Assembly (NCBI GenBank): GCA_020850475.1
Contig: JADZEO010000113.1
Location: 631 to 64,630 of the forward strand
Source of the DNA: Bdellovibrionales bacterium
Lineage (GTDB): Bacteria > Bdellovibrionota > Bdellovibrionia > Bdellovibrionales > UBA1609
Direction of reading: 5' to 3'
Length of the DNA: 64,000 nucleotides
Position numbers and translations under genes: made by a program. This document shows, piece after piece, positions 50,001 through 58,572 of the stretch. The notes under the pieces were generated by a model. That model was not told where the DNA came from and made no database searches. It was given only the letters and a program-made list of their open reading frames with translations. Position 1 is the stretch's first letter; the number at the start of each line of letters is the position of its first letter.

Positions 50001-50682
50001 CATAGTCGTCGTCCTTGGTTCGATTGGCCTTGCTGGCTCGATGAGCCATGGCCAATAAGCGATAACGATCCTCGACGAGAGTACGGCAGGTTTCACTCGT
50101 CTCAACACAGCTTCGTGGCGACTGAGACTTTTTGAGTTCTGCCTCAATTGCGCTGTCACTGTCACCGGCGATTAAAACCAGAATCGGCGCAGTCCGATTG
50201 TCCTGAAAGACTTCTTCGGCCATGCAATCGCGTCGCAAATCTCGGCTACAGCCAGAAAACAAAGTGTTCACATAGTCACGCTTGAGCTTGGCCAAATCTT
50301 GAGCACTCACATAAGCTGGCTTCTCTCGTAAAATCGTCAGCAAAGCATGGTTGAAGACTGTGACCATTTGACTGAGGCGCGTGGTCCGATAAGCCGGGTT
50401 TTCAGTGTAATTGGCGTTCAAAACAATTCGCGAAAGGGGCTTCACGATCTCAGTCCACATTCCGGCCTTTGACTTCTCCGGATGACGCAGGATTTGGTAG
50501 GCCCGATCAATATCAAAGCTATTAAACTCCTGCGAAGACGCCGCCACCTCCGCCGGGGCCGCCGTGGGCGTCCACTCCCGTTTGGGCTCATGCTCATAGC
50601 GCGGCTTCGCTTTTGGCGAACAGCTCTGAAGAGCCAAGAAGGAGATCAGGGTCGCAATAACGAGTAAAGTGTATTTCTTCAT
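47077..50682 (-). CDS. Very large alpha-helical lipoprotein (1201 aa), paralog of 42766-46167
   Basis: Lipobox LQSC and GGAG RBS; 10 nt downstream of the metalloprotease stop. Confidence 0.75.
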   Translation of the reverse strand: MKKYTLLVIATLISFLALQSCSPKAKPRYEHEPKREWTPTAAPAEVAASSQEFNSFDIDRAYQILRHPEKSKAGMWTEIVKPLSRIVLNANYTENPAYRTTRLSQMVTVFNHALLTILREKPAYVSAQDLAKLKRDYVNTLFSGCSRDLRRDCMAEEVFQDNRTAPILVLIAGDSDSAIEAELKKSQSPRSCVETSETCRTLVEDRYRLLAMAHRASKANRTKDDDYAFAYLKYSRLYAFLMDYWRRQPQAGGRGRAEPTSLMTGYLSEVHGGIFETLIAQYKPKSFSDPEFRAFVENFNPWVYSNKQADLFRYGTRIMFEMAAQCCLYEDAARTKLNDSVKVAIAEAQEKGDDFGLSFSQIIRDIKKDGNEQVFKNLRIEDVLKKLEQDEGRRKNGGNPEFFNEYFFIIDRLFREHLESSEVKMVLDNTNQERALKQLPAIIQTYVKVYLAYMIVETNRFMSSIYHSDSIGSDEIFQEAILKSRDISGRWLKIQNRIEMLDKFLGSYFKGRNLLSEEYNETTRLLKSVNRNVHYLSVYPNMMVMTYYLAKMKGKITVRTWWGAAFEIPADTILDVFFDGGIQSVWFRFGNDPVLLSREMILYALHYMLSTNTLQTFVAKDDKGEGTNRSKFFDLIFTKYLDENIRQLGDKILEYERATIGHPGFANVDTLCAYETFRPGAGLPPKVQISLLELDRYTYSGAGANSVNLELGNLLGQSSTAAEMIRNEIDDRITYVHAMVDIIEADLLRTGQIKAKGDAHPDLKTVRAHLGTLEDLKRSLAKLYIRHHKRYFDCLMDLKEIEQRRMNRLYEEERAHLGKIYDLMEPLSKIQDEAALGQKVNEINTGYFRKEGSGYRFDRLDGRTYRMSKFDLLMRMKARVEADIFMQPTDREKTVYGQDLARLQRQRRVSVFSPPGLERDPIVETAQDAEVYLRDSKEEFIKQGMTLLNGKTNSFVQWHGQVTSETDLSAYLATLREYFLMGPVRVPKEDCRTQPCESEVLEVSARDLIDAYIRAVASLSLDEFDVQNAREFGVDGKKGKAYFEELLFEKDSYTRQPLFFSLMKSTVSDAKIKLDQAGPMQEALEFAQTINNLGVFLFEPWPEVKEAIRQRYGSRAHRVLNRINQLFVTMKEAEDGTKRVEDLSPRLKLPFYLQDGQPVYWLESGVPPMVDRQTIEDLRIRWDNFVQRTGNFYGTRPPSGR

Positions 50683-50692
50683 TGAGCGCTCC

Positions 50693-53600
50693 CTATTTTA
50701 CCAAGAACTCTTCAGCAATTCGCAGCCAGTATCCATTGACGACAGCTGCCGCCGATAGAATCTGACCCGTTCCTCGTGTTGATTCATCACAAATCGCCTG
50801 CATCGTCCGGCCCGAGAAGTTGGGCGGAATCTTGCCGGAGACTTTGGTCTCGTACTTGCCAAACTCGGTACGGATCGAATCGTAGAACTGGCCAAGTTTC
50901 TCTTTGTTGGTTTCTTCCGCAAGTCCAGGCGGAATGTAAAAGCCTTTAAAGTCTGGGTTGCCGTTGTCAAAGTAGCTCGCAAGCCCGCTGCCGTTAAAAC
51001 CATCGACACAAGTATCGGTGATCGAGTCATGTAGCTCCCGAAGTGAAAACTTAACACTGTCTTCAAGCAATAGGTCGCCCACTTCAAAGTCATAATCCAC
51101 TTTATAGGCAATGACATAGGAACTCGTCCCGCTCCAAAACTTCATTTTGGTGATCGGATAGAGGAACATCCCGTTGGCGCGTACAAAAATGTTACCTTGA
51201 GGCAAAATAAAGACGTCGCGCGCCGTTGAACTCTTGTCGGTAAAAAAGTCGTAGACCGTGGCCGTGAACTTTTTGTAGTGGTCGGCCGCTGTGCCCGAGT
51301 TGGCATCGGGCTGGGTGGCGGAAATAATCACTGCCACCAGACTTAAGTTGAATTCGTTCTGCTGATTGAGCGTCTCATTGTAAGCTCGAGGGAGCTTGGC
51401 CGAGTCGTTACTGTAGTAACGTTGCCAGGGCACCATCCAACCTGTCGCCAGCACCGAGCGTCCCATTGAGGTCATGTTGTCGCGTCCGGTTGCCGCAAAA
51501 CGCAAGTTGTATTTAACCGCATCGGCTACCAGCTTGGTGTACTCGCGTGGATAAAGCGTACGGTAAAGGAACTTGTTCTCGTGGTAATCATAAAAAGGAT
51601 TCCAAGCAAACCCACCCCAGAACAGCAGGTAAGGATTGGCCGTGGTCAAGGTAAAGAGCGAAGACATCTTGAGAGGCAAGTTACTTAACTGATACCAGGA
51701 ACCAAAAATGTGGCCCCAGTTGCGACTTGAGTCACCGACCAAATAGCCTCCGCTGATATAGCGAGCGCTGTGATCGATTTTGGAAAAGTCTCCTTCTGGG
51801 AGATTGACAAAGAATTTAAATTCACGAAGCGCCAGGTTATTGGCGCGACACAAATCCACCATCTCTGGATCCTTAAAAATCTCTCGCAGAGTGCTGCTCG
51901 TCACTTGGCTGCCGTCGGTGGGATTGTCCTTTTGGCAAGCTTGGGCAAATTCAAACAGCGCATCTTGATCCATGCGCAGTTGGTCCCATAAAGCCTTGAG
52001 CTGCTCATCGCTTCGCAACTTTCGGCGCATTTCATCGTAAAACAGTCTCACCCGCGAGAAAGTACTAAGAGAAACCCACCACAAGCGGTTTTCCGCTGAC
52101 CACTCATCCGCCCCTCCACCTACAAGAGAGTAGAGACTGGCCACTAAGTTGTCGGAGATTCCCTCAAAATACGAAGCGACGATATCCTCGGCCTTACTGC
52201 CGCGGTCCCAGCGATTGCAGAATGGATCTGCGGCAAGGGAAGCTTCATAGTCGTTACACGCCGGGAAATAGGCCACCGGCAAACGGCTTTCGACCGTGCC
52301 ATCGGCTTTTTTGACCTCGGTGAAGCTGCGGATTTTGCCGTTCGCCGGAAGTGCGGCAAAGCGGAACTCGTCCTTAGCCTGATGATAGAGCGGGTATTCA
52401 CCTTTATATAGATATCGCAAAACCAACTCGTCGTGGATCATGGGGTGGAGGTCTTGCGCCGGCAAAATCATTTCGGTGCGGCCGTTGCGATATCCCATCA
52501 CCGACGACATATTAGTAAAGCCGGCTTTGCGAGTGGCCCTTTCACTGAGGGCTTTGACGTATCGAGACGGCACGGTCCCCTCTTTGGGCACAATGTTCTC
52601 TTTAAACTGGTGGCCCATTCCTAACATGTGACCCACTTCGTGCAGAGCCAAGTCTTTTACTACTGACTCGAGCATCTCCGGATAGCTCCGAACCGAACGG
52701 GCTTCGCTTTGGTTCCACGCGCCCACCATGTTTTCGATCGTACGTCCTTCTTCGACAAAGAAGGCTGATGCCGTGGGAGTGAAGTGAGCAAGTAAGTCTG
52801 CGCGCTTGGCGCGATTACTTTCACCAATGATGCCCTTGATTTTCTTACGGTCATCCGTTCGGAAGAAGTTCTCGATCGACTGAGCCTGGCTCTGGCGCTG
52901 ATACCCGAACTGGTTCAAAATACTCTTCTGCGAAAAGTACTGGGCATTGCCCTCAATTTCTGCCTGGGCTGTTTTAACCGCATCGGCAGCAATCCGACCC
53001 AAGTCGCTTCGGTTTTCCTGCATTTTTGCTAAATGAAATTTCAGCCCTTCAATTTCGCGCTGCAAGTTGATCTTTTCTTCATTCGAGCGTGGGGCCAGGC
53101 GACTCAAGCGCGTGATCTCTTGATTAATTTGCTCCAAGTGATTTTGCGAGAGTCCGCTCACCATGGTGGGTTTGACCGCCAAATTAACCGCCTGCAATCC
53201 CGGAATGTCCGGCAGGCGTTGCGGAATCGGCGGAGTGCCCATCCCTAGAGGAAACTGTTTGGTCAAATTCTCCACTTCCATCGACGACGATGAAGAAGTG
53301 GGCGCATAAGCATTAATGTACTTTTCGAGCATTCCACCGTAGAGAGTGACTCCACCCCAAATGATTTTACCGTTTCGGACGTCGGCATGAGCCATGCCGA
53401 TTCCAAGCGGAGAATACATTGAAATGGCCTTGTCACTGATCCAAGTGATCGAGGGATAGCGAAGGTCAAAGGGGTGTTTAAAGTTGGCCACCACTGGTTC
53501 AAAGACCTTGAAGCCCTTAGCCACGGCACCCACATCCTGAAAAGTCTTGTTCCACTCTTCAACGACGCCGATGATCGTCTTCTCGTGCTCCTTGGGAACA

Positions 53601-54442
53601 CCATTGAGATAGAGCTTCTGCGTTTTGCGCACATCCCAGTGAGCCACATACAAATCGGGCTCGACACCTTCGATTCGTTTACCCATGACGTGCAGAATGT
53701 TGAGGTACTTGGCATTTTCTTGATGGTACGGAACTCGTTTAAAGGAGGGGTCGTGATCAAACTTAAGGAAATTAACTCGGATCTTGGCCTGCATCTCGCC
53801 GCCCCACCAACCCGCACTCACGGTGTTGATGGAAAAACCTAAGAAATTATTCTTGTGATCCCATTCGATGTCTTCAGTCGAGGTCACCCGGTGAGGGCCA
53901 TCCCACAAAAAGTCGTGGATCTCAATTCCCGAGAGATTCAAGCTGATCATCGGGCGTGCAGTCCAGTGCGAGCGACTGGTGTTTTCGATCCACTCGTTGG
54001 TTTCGCGGCCGTAAGAGTCTTTGTTTTTCTCAAAGTAAAAGTGTTTGGTGATGGGGATTTTCAGCGCCTCTTGCCAGCGCGAACGATCATCAGGAAAACT
54101 GGGATGAATCACTTTTCCGACCAAGTAGTTCTCGGTGACCTCGAACTCAATGTTACAGTGCATGGCTTCGTTCACCATGAGGGTGATGTACTTGCCCACC
54201 CAACCGCGACCCATCTCTGGAGCCCATGCACAGAGGAAGGTTTTGGGCTTACCACTGGCATCAACGAAAAAGCTTTTCTCGATGCGCTCTTCGGAAGGGG
54301 GCGGAGTTTCTGCCGCACGCTCTTTAAACATTTTGCCGTTAAGTAATCCGCGACCGGAGCAACTACTGACCACCAGAAGCAGCACCAGGTTCACCCACAA
54401 TTTGAGAATTCCAACTGGTCTTTGAGAAGTGCGGTATGACAC
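50693..54442 (-). CDS. Zinc-dependent metalloprotease lipoprotein (metzincin, EcxA/DUF4953-like)
   Basis: AAGGAG RBS precedes the GTG at 54442. It has a lipobox VSSC, HEVGHMLGMGH (52610-52642) and a Met-turn SSVMGY. Confidence 0.85.
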   Translation of the reverse strand: MSYRTSQRPVGILKLWVNLVLLLVVSSCSGRGLLNGKMFKERAAETPPPSEERIEKSFFVDASGKPKTFLCAWAPEMGRGWVGKYITLMVNEAMHCNIEFEVTENYLVGKVIHPSFPDDRSRWQEALKIPITKHFYFEKNKDSYGRETNEWIENTSRSHWTARPMISLNLSGIEIHDFLWDGPHRVTSTEDIEWDHKNNFLGFSINTVSAGWWGGEMQAKIRVNFLKFDHDPSFKRVPYHQENAKYLNILHVMGKRIEGVEPDLYVAHWDVRKTQKLYLNGVPKEHEKTIIGVVEEWNKTFQDVGAVAKGFKVFEPVVANFKHPFDLRYPSITWISDKAISMYSPLGIGMAHADVRNGKIIWGGVTLYGGMLEKYINAYAPTSSSSSMEVENLTKQFPLGMGTPPIPQRLPDIPGLQAVNLAVKPTMVSGLSQNHLEQINQEITRLSRLAPRSNEEKINLQREIEGLKFHLAKMQENRSDLGRIAADAVKTAQAEIEGNAQYFSQKSILNQFGYQRQSQAQSIENFFRTDDRKKIKGIIGESNRAKRADLLAHFTPTASAFFVEEGRTIENMVGAWNQSEARSVRSYPEMLESVVKDLALHEVGHMLGMGHQFKENIVPKEGTVPSRYVKALSERATRKAGFTNMSSVMGYRNGRTEMILPAQDLHPMIHDELVLRYLYKGEYPLYHQAKDEFRFAALPANGKIRSFTEVKKADGTVESRLPVAYFPACNDYEASLAADPFCNRWDRGSKAEDIVASYFEGISDNLVASLYSLVGGGADEWSAENRLWWVSLSTFSRVRLFYDEMRRKLRSDEQLKALWDQLRMDQDALFEFAQACQKDNPTDGSQVTSSTLREIFKDPEMVDLCRANNLALREFKFFVNLPEGDFSKIDHSARYISGGYLVGDSSRNWGHIFGSWYQLSNLPLKMSSLFTLTTANPYLLFWGGFAWNPFYDYHENKFLYRTLYPREYTKLVADAVKYNLRFAATGRDNMTSMGRSVLATGWMVPWQRYYSNDSAKLPRAYNETLNQQNEFNLSLVAVIISATQPDANSGTAADHYKKFTATVYDFFTDKSSTARDVFILPQGNIFVRANGMFLYPITKMKFWSGTSSYVIAYKVDYDFEVGDLLLEDSVKFSLRELHDSITDTCVDGFNGSGLASYFDNGNPDFKGFYIPPGLAEETNKEKLGQFYDSIRTEFGKYETKVSGKIPPNFSGRTMQAICDESTRGTGQILSAAAVVNGYWLRIAEEFLVK

Positions 54443-54788
54443 GTGAACTCCTTCCCCGAGGGGAGACAATCCAATTAATGAGCGGTAACTAGGCCACTTA
54501 ATGCACAGAATAAGCCACGCTACCCACCACTTGATGGCTAGTTAACTATTTGAATTTAAAGCGTTTTGAATTATTTATAGGTAGTATAAGAGAAATTGAT
54601 GGATTCGGCCTGATCAGGCCCTTTTCATTATGACCAAAAATGCGGGCCCAATTTTGTCGCTCGTCATCACAGAGTCGGCACAATCGATGCAATTTCAAGC
54701 CTGCAGTTGATGAACAACAAGCCAGGCCTGCGGTTAATTGCAGACCACCAAAGACTGGCGGAAATTATGTCCCACCATGGAGGTTAAA

Positions 54789-55277
54789 ATGTCCATTCTC
54801 ACTCGAAAAACACCGACACCATCACCAACAACTTCCGACCCTTTTTCCCAATTCCAAGAGGAGATGAATCGCCTGATGGAAAACTTCTGGGGCCGTAACC
54901 ATTGGCTGACTCTCCCCGAGTCTTCTTCGACTTTGGCGACCTGGGCTCCCAAGGTGGACGTGAGTGAAACCGAAAAGGAATACAAAGTTCGCGCTGAAAT
55001 TCCCGGCGTGGATCAAGATCATGTCGAAGTGAATTTTCAAGACAACACTTTATATTTAAAGGGCGAGAGAAAATTTCAGGAGGAAGAGAAGCAAGAAAAC
55101 TTCCACCGCATCGAGCGTAGCTATGGGCGCTTTCAGCGCACCATCCCCTTCGCGACTCGCATCAACGAGGAAAAAATCTCCGCTCATTTTGACCGCGGAA
55201 TCTTGACCGTGTCTTTGGCGAAGGCCGATGAGGTCGTCAAAGGATCACGCAAGATTAACGTCAGCACAAAGCAATAG
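54789..55277 (+). CDS. Small heat-shock protein (Hsp20/alpha-crystallin)
   Basis: GGAGG RBS, then WAPKVDVSETEKEY.VRAEIPGV, HRIERSYGRFQRTIPF and FDRGILTV. Confidence 0.95.
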   Translation: MSILTRKTPTPSPTTSDPFSQFQEEMNRLMENFWGRNHWLTLPESSSTLATWAPKVDVSETEKEYKVRAEIPGVDQDHVEVNFQDNTLYLKGERKFQEEEKQENFHRIERSYGRFQRTIPFATRINEEKISAHFDRGILTVSLAKADEVVKGSRKINVSTKQ

Positions 55278-55285
55278 TCCTGTCC

Positions 55286-55324
55286 GCCCTGCCCTCTTAA
55301 GACCTCAAGGGGGTGGGGCTTTTT
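55286..55324 (+). terminator. Intrinsic terminator after hsp20
   Basis: GCCCTGCCCTCT-loop-AGGGGGTGGGGC (with G-U pairs) followed by T5. Confidence 0.6.
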
Positions 55325-55362
55325 ACTGCCAGCGCAAATACCAAAGTGCCCCGACGGCCGCT

Positions 55363-56817
55363 TTAGGGGTGAAACTCCGGCAAGAAACGTCGAATTCTCT
55401 GTTGCGGGCGGGGCCCGCGGGGGTACCAGATGACATCGTCCCAACTGTCAAGCAAAGCGCGCAAACGGAGCAAACGATCGCGTCTTACCAGGGCATTATT
55501 AGCACCGCCCATTGACTCCCATTCCCCGTTCACGCCATAGACAATCTCTCCCCGCTCATTGGTGGTAATCCCAAAGCGCGCAGGATCGCTCCACATTGGG
55601 GTGTTTTCGGGAATGGCGCAGGTTTCGCCCGTGTTGATGATAGAGATAAAGGCTCGACATTCGGTGAGGAAATCCAAGGTCTCCTGAAATTCCTTTTCTC
55701 CTTCATTGGGAAAACCCACGACGATGTTGAGATGGACTTCGATCCCCGCAAAATAGGTGTCACGAATCACCTGCTTTGCGACATCCACTTGCGTGTGCTT
55801 TTCCATTAAATCCATCACGGCCTGTGACCCCGTCTCAAGTCCGAAGGACAAATAAGAACAGCCCGACTGCCGCATGGACTTGAGCAGTTCAGGAGTCATC
55901 CGCCGGTCAATGCGGGCGTATCCGCCCCAGGTGAGCCGAAGACCCTCATCAACGATTTTTTTCGCCAACTCGCCTAGCACGCGAAAGTTTCCGTTTACCA
56001 GCGAATCCGCAACCAGGTAGTGGCTGGGCCGTCCCTGCGCCATGTTTTGAGCCATTTCGCGAACAATATGATCGGCTTCGCGAAAGCGAAACTTATTCCA
56101 ATAGCGAGTTTCAGAACAAAAAGTACATTTGGCCACGCAACCGCGGCTCATCATGATCGGCAAGGACTGTTCTCGATACTGTGCAAAATCAAAATCGTTA
56201 AAGTAGGGAAGCGGCAGTTCATTAAGATGAATATTGTCTCGCGCCCGCTCTTGCTTGACCTGGCCGTCAGTGCCGCGATGGAGAGTGCCGAGACAACCTT
56301 CTAGATCACTCTGCCGACTCAACCGCTCCACGGCCTCAAGACCTGAGAGCTCGCCCTCACCCACGACGACGGCATCGACTGCGCCTCGTTCAAAATCGCG
56401 CCCGCGACGGACATTCCAAGGACTCGCTCCCGGTCCACCGTAGATGACCGGCAACTCAGGTCGTTGGGCCTTGAGTTGCAACGCCATCACCCGACCGCAG
56501 TGAATCGAAGTGTCATACAAAGAAAAGCCCACAAGCTCTGGGCCCCAGGCCAAGACCTCTTGCACCAGAGAAGGAATTTTAGGGGCCAGGTGTGGGAGAG
56601 TTAGGCGCTCAAATTCTTCTTCGTTCGCCCAAGCTCTAAAGTTGGAATAGGACCACATATCATCAGGGAGATGACGAAACATATTCCACAAGCGAATATT
56701 GAAATCGAAAACCTTCACCTCATGCCCGGCGGCCTTATAGGCGCCCGCCATACTGGCCACACCTAAGGGTGCGGTGAGCGTCGACCAGGCTGGGGCAACA
56801 ATCAGTGCAATTCTCAT
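55363..56817 (-). CDS. B12-binding domain radical SAM protein
   Basis: The N-terminal B12-binding region has PLGVASMAG, VGFS and YGGPG, followed by SRGCVAKCTFC, LSFGLETGSQ and IVGFPNE. Confidence 0.9.
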   Translation of the reverse strand: MRIALIVAPAWSTLTAPLGVASMAGAYKAAGHEVKVFDFNIRLWNMFRHLPDDMWSYSNFRAWANEEEFERLTLPHLAPKIPSLVQEVLAWGPELVGFSLYDTSIHCGRVMALQLKAQRPELPVIYGGPGASPWNVRRGRDFERGAVDAVVVGEGELSGLEAVERLSRQSDLEGCLGTLHRGTDGQVKQERARDNIHLNELPLPYFNDFDFAQYREQSLPIMMSRGCVAKCTFCSETRYWNKFRFREADHIVREMAQNMAQGRPSHYLVADSLVNGNFRVLGELAKKIVDEGLRLTWGGYARIDRRMTPELLKSMRQSGCSYLSFGLETGSQAVMDLMEKHTQVDVAKQVIRDTYFAGIEVHLNIVVGFPNEGEKEFQETLDFLTECRAFISIINTGETCAIPENTPMWSDPARFGITTNERGEIVYGVNGEWESMGGANNALVRRDRLLRLRALLDSWDDVIWYPRGPRPQQRIRRFLPEFHP

Positions 56818-56891
56818 AAAATAAGCACACACTAAGCAAGCCCACGGGTCAACAAACTTCCCCTCAAAGGGAGTTGCAAAGGATTCGGGAG

Positions 56892-57191
56892 TTAGGATTT
56901 TTTCTTAAACAGCGCTTCCGCCGCATTTTTTAACTGGTCGCGAGTGGGACCGGTGCCACCGTCGCCGGTGGAAGGCTGATAGTAGTCACAAAAATTCGAG
57001 CGGTCCTTTTCGCGCACCACATCGGCCGAGGTTTCCTTACATTCATTGTAGACTTTAGGATCATAAAAGCGGCAGTTGCGACAGCAATGGGAATCTTCCC
57101 CGCAATTCTGGCACTCATCCCGAATCCCAACGGAGTCAGAAAATTCCGTTTCAACTCCGCACTTAAAACACTTGAGCTTAAACACTGCCAT
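56892..57191 (-). CDS. Small Cys-rich (zinc-ribbon-like) protein
   Basis: CFKC, CQNC, HCCRNC..YD, EC and NFCDYY give 9 Cys in 99 aa; last gene of the glpX run. Confidence 0.7.
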   Translation of the reverse strand: MAVFKLKCFKCGVETEFSDSVGIRDECQNCGEDSHCCRNCRFYDPKVYNECKETSADVVREKDRSNFCDYYQPSTGDGGTGPTRDQLKNAAEALFKKKS

Positions 57192-57208
57192 ATATGACGA
57201 GCCGCCGG

Positions 57209-58171
57209 TTACCAGAGTGGCTTAATACTAAAATCGTGGCGCGCTTCAATGATGCGCGTGGTTCCCGTGGCTGATCTCATAACGATCGACTGAGTCGAGG
57301 CTCGCTTCTCCGGCAAAAACCGCACACCTTGCAGTAAGGGCCCGTCCGTAACTCCCGTCGCACAAAACATCACATCGCCTTGTGCCAGTTCGTCGCGAGA
57401 GTAGGCCTTGTGGAGGTCTTTGACTCCCATCTTTGACGCTCGCTCCTTCTCTTTCTCATTGCGAAAGGCCAAACGACCCTGAAAATCCCCGCCCATGCAC
57501 TTGAGCGCGGCAGCGGTGATGACCCCTTCCGGCGCCCCTCCAATTCCGAGCAACAAATCCATTCCCGAGTCGGGCCAACATGGGGCAATTCCGGCCGAGA
57601 CGTCGCCGTCGCCGATCAAACGAATGCGTGCGCCGGTCTTGCGCACTTCGGTAATCAGGGCCTCATGGCGAGGGCGATCCAGAATCACAACGGTCATATC
57701 TTCGAGTGATTTTTTAAGTGCTTCAGCCACCCGGTGAACGTTTTCCGTGGCGCTCAGTTTGATGTCGATCACTCCAAATGCCGCCGGTCCGCAGGCGATT
57801 TTGTCCATGTAGGTATCCGGCGCATGCAAAAACTTCCCCTGTTGGGCAATGGCAATCACCGAGATCGCCCCCACTCCCCCTTTAGCGCAGATCGTGGTGC
57901 CCTCTAGAGGATCTAAGGCAATATCGACTTTGGGTGCATCGGGTCCCTTGCGGCCCACTTTTTCACCGATGTAAAGCATCGGGGCTTCGTCTCGTTCGCC
58001 TTCACCAATGACGACCGTACCGTCGATGTTCACCGAATCAAAAGCCCGGCGCATCGAATCCACCGCCGCCTGGTCGGCTGCCTTTTCATTGCCGCGGCCC
58101 ATGTGGCGCGCACTCGCCAAAGCTGCAAATTCCGTGATCCTTACAAACTCGAGGGCCAGGTTTCGATCCAT
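57209..58171 (-). CDS. glpX: Class II fructose-1,6-bisphosphatase
   Basis: MDRNLALEFVRITE, VIGEGERDEAPMLYIGE, DPLEGT, GDGDVS, GGAPEGV and FCATGVTDG. Confidence 0.96.
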   Translation of the reverse strand: MDRNLALEFVRITEFAALASARHMGRGNEKAADQAAVDSMRRAFDSVNIDGTVVIGEGERDEAPMLYIGEKVGRKGPDAPKVDIALDPLEGTTICAKGGVGAISVIAIAQQGKFLHAPDTYMDKIACGPAAFGVIDIKLSATENVHRVAEALKKSLEDMTVVILDRPRHEALITEVRKTGARIRLIGDGDVSAGIAPCWPDSGMDLLLGIGGAPEGVITAAALKCMGGDFQGRLAFRNEKEKERASKMGVKDLHKAYSRDELAQGDVMFCATGVTDGPLLQGVRFLPEKRASTQSIVMRSATGTTRIIEARHDFSIKPLW

Positions 58172-58572
58172 GGTTCTCTCTCCAACTGTTGAGTAATTTC
58201 CGCCTTCATTCGCACCGGTTTAATTTGCGGGTCCACCGGCACCAGCAGCGTTTCACCGGTCGCCAGCAGGCTTGTTTGTGCGGCATTATAAATGGCATAC
58301 CGAAAGCGGATTTTCAATCTTTCCCGCCGCGCGACCACCGCAATCTTCATCTCGTCATCAAAACGCGGACCCCGATGATGCTCCACTCGCGACTCCAACA
58401 CCGCAAAACAAAGAGGGGCGTAGGGGTAATGCTCGCCAATCAGTCCCCGGTCTCGCAACCATGCGACCCGAGCCTCTTCGAAGTAATGCAAGTAATTGGC
58501 GTGATGAACCACACCCATGGCATCAGTATCGACAAAATTCACCCGCCGCGAGTAGATGTAAACCCCATCCAT
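58141..58572 (-). CDS. Acyl-CoA thioesterase (YbgC/4HBT hot-dog family)
   Basis: RVNFVDTDAMGVVHHANYLHYFEEAR; its 3' end overlaps the glpX start by 31 nt. Confidence 0.9.
   Translation of the reverse strand: MDGVYIYSRRVNFVDTDAMGVVHHANYLHYFEEARVAWLRDRGLIGEHYPYAPLCFAVLESRVEHHRGPRFDDEMKIAVVARRERLKIRFRYAIYNAAQTSLLATGETLLVPVDPQIKPVRMKAEITQQLEREPWIETWPSSL

Noticed and set aside
54640-54791. ROSE-type RNA thermometer or CIRCE element before hsp20
   Set aside because: No convincing SD-sequestering hairpin and no TTAGCACTC-N9-GAGTGCTAA by eye; folding software is needed.
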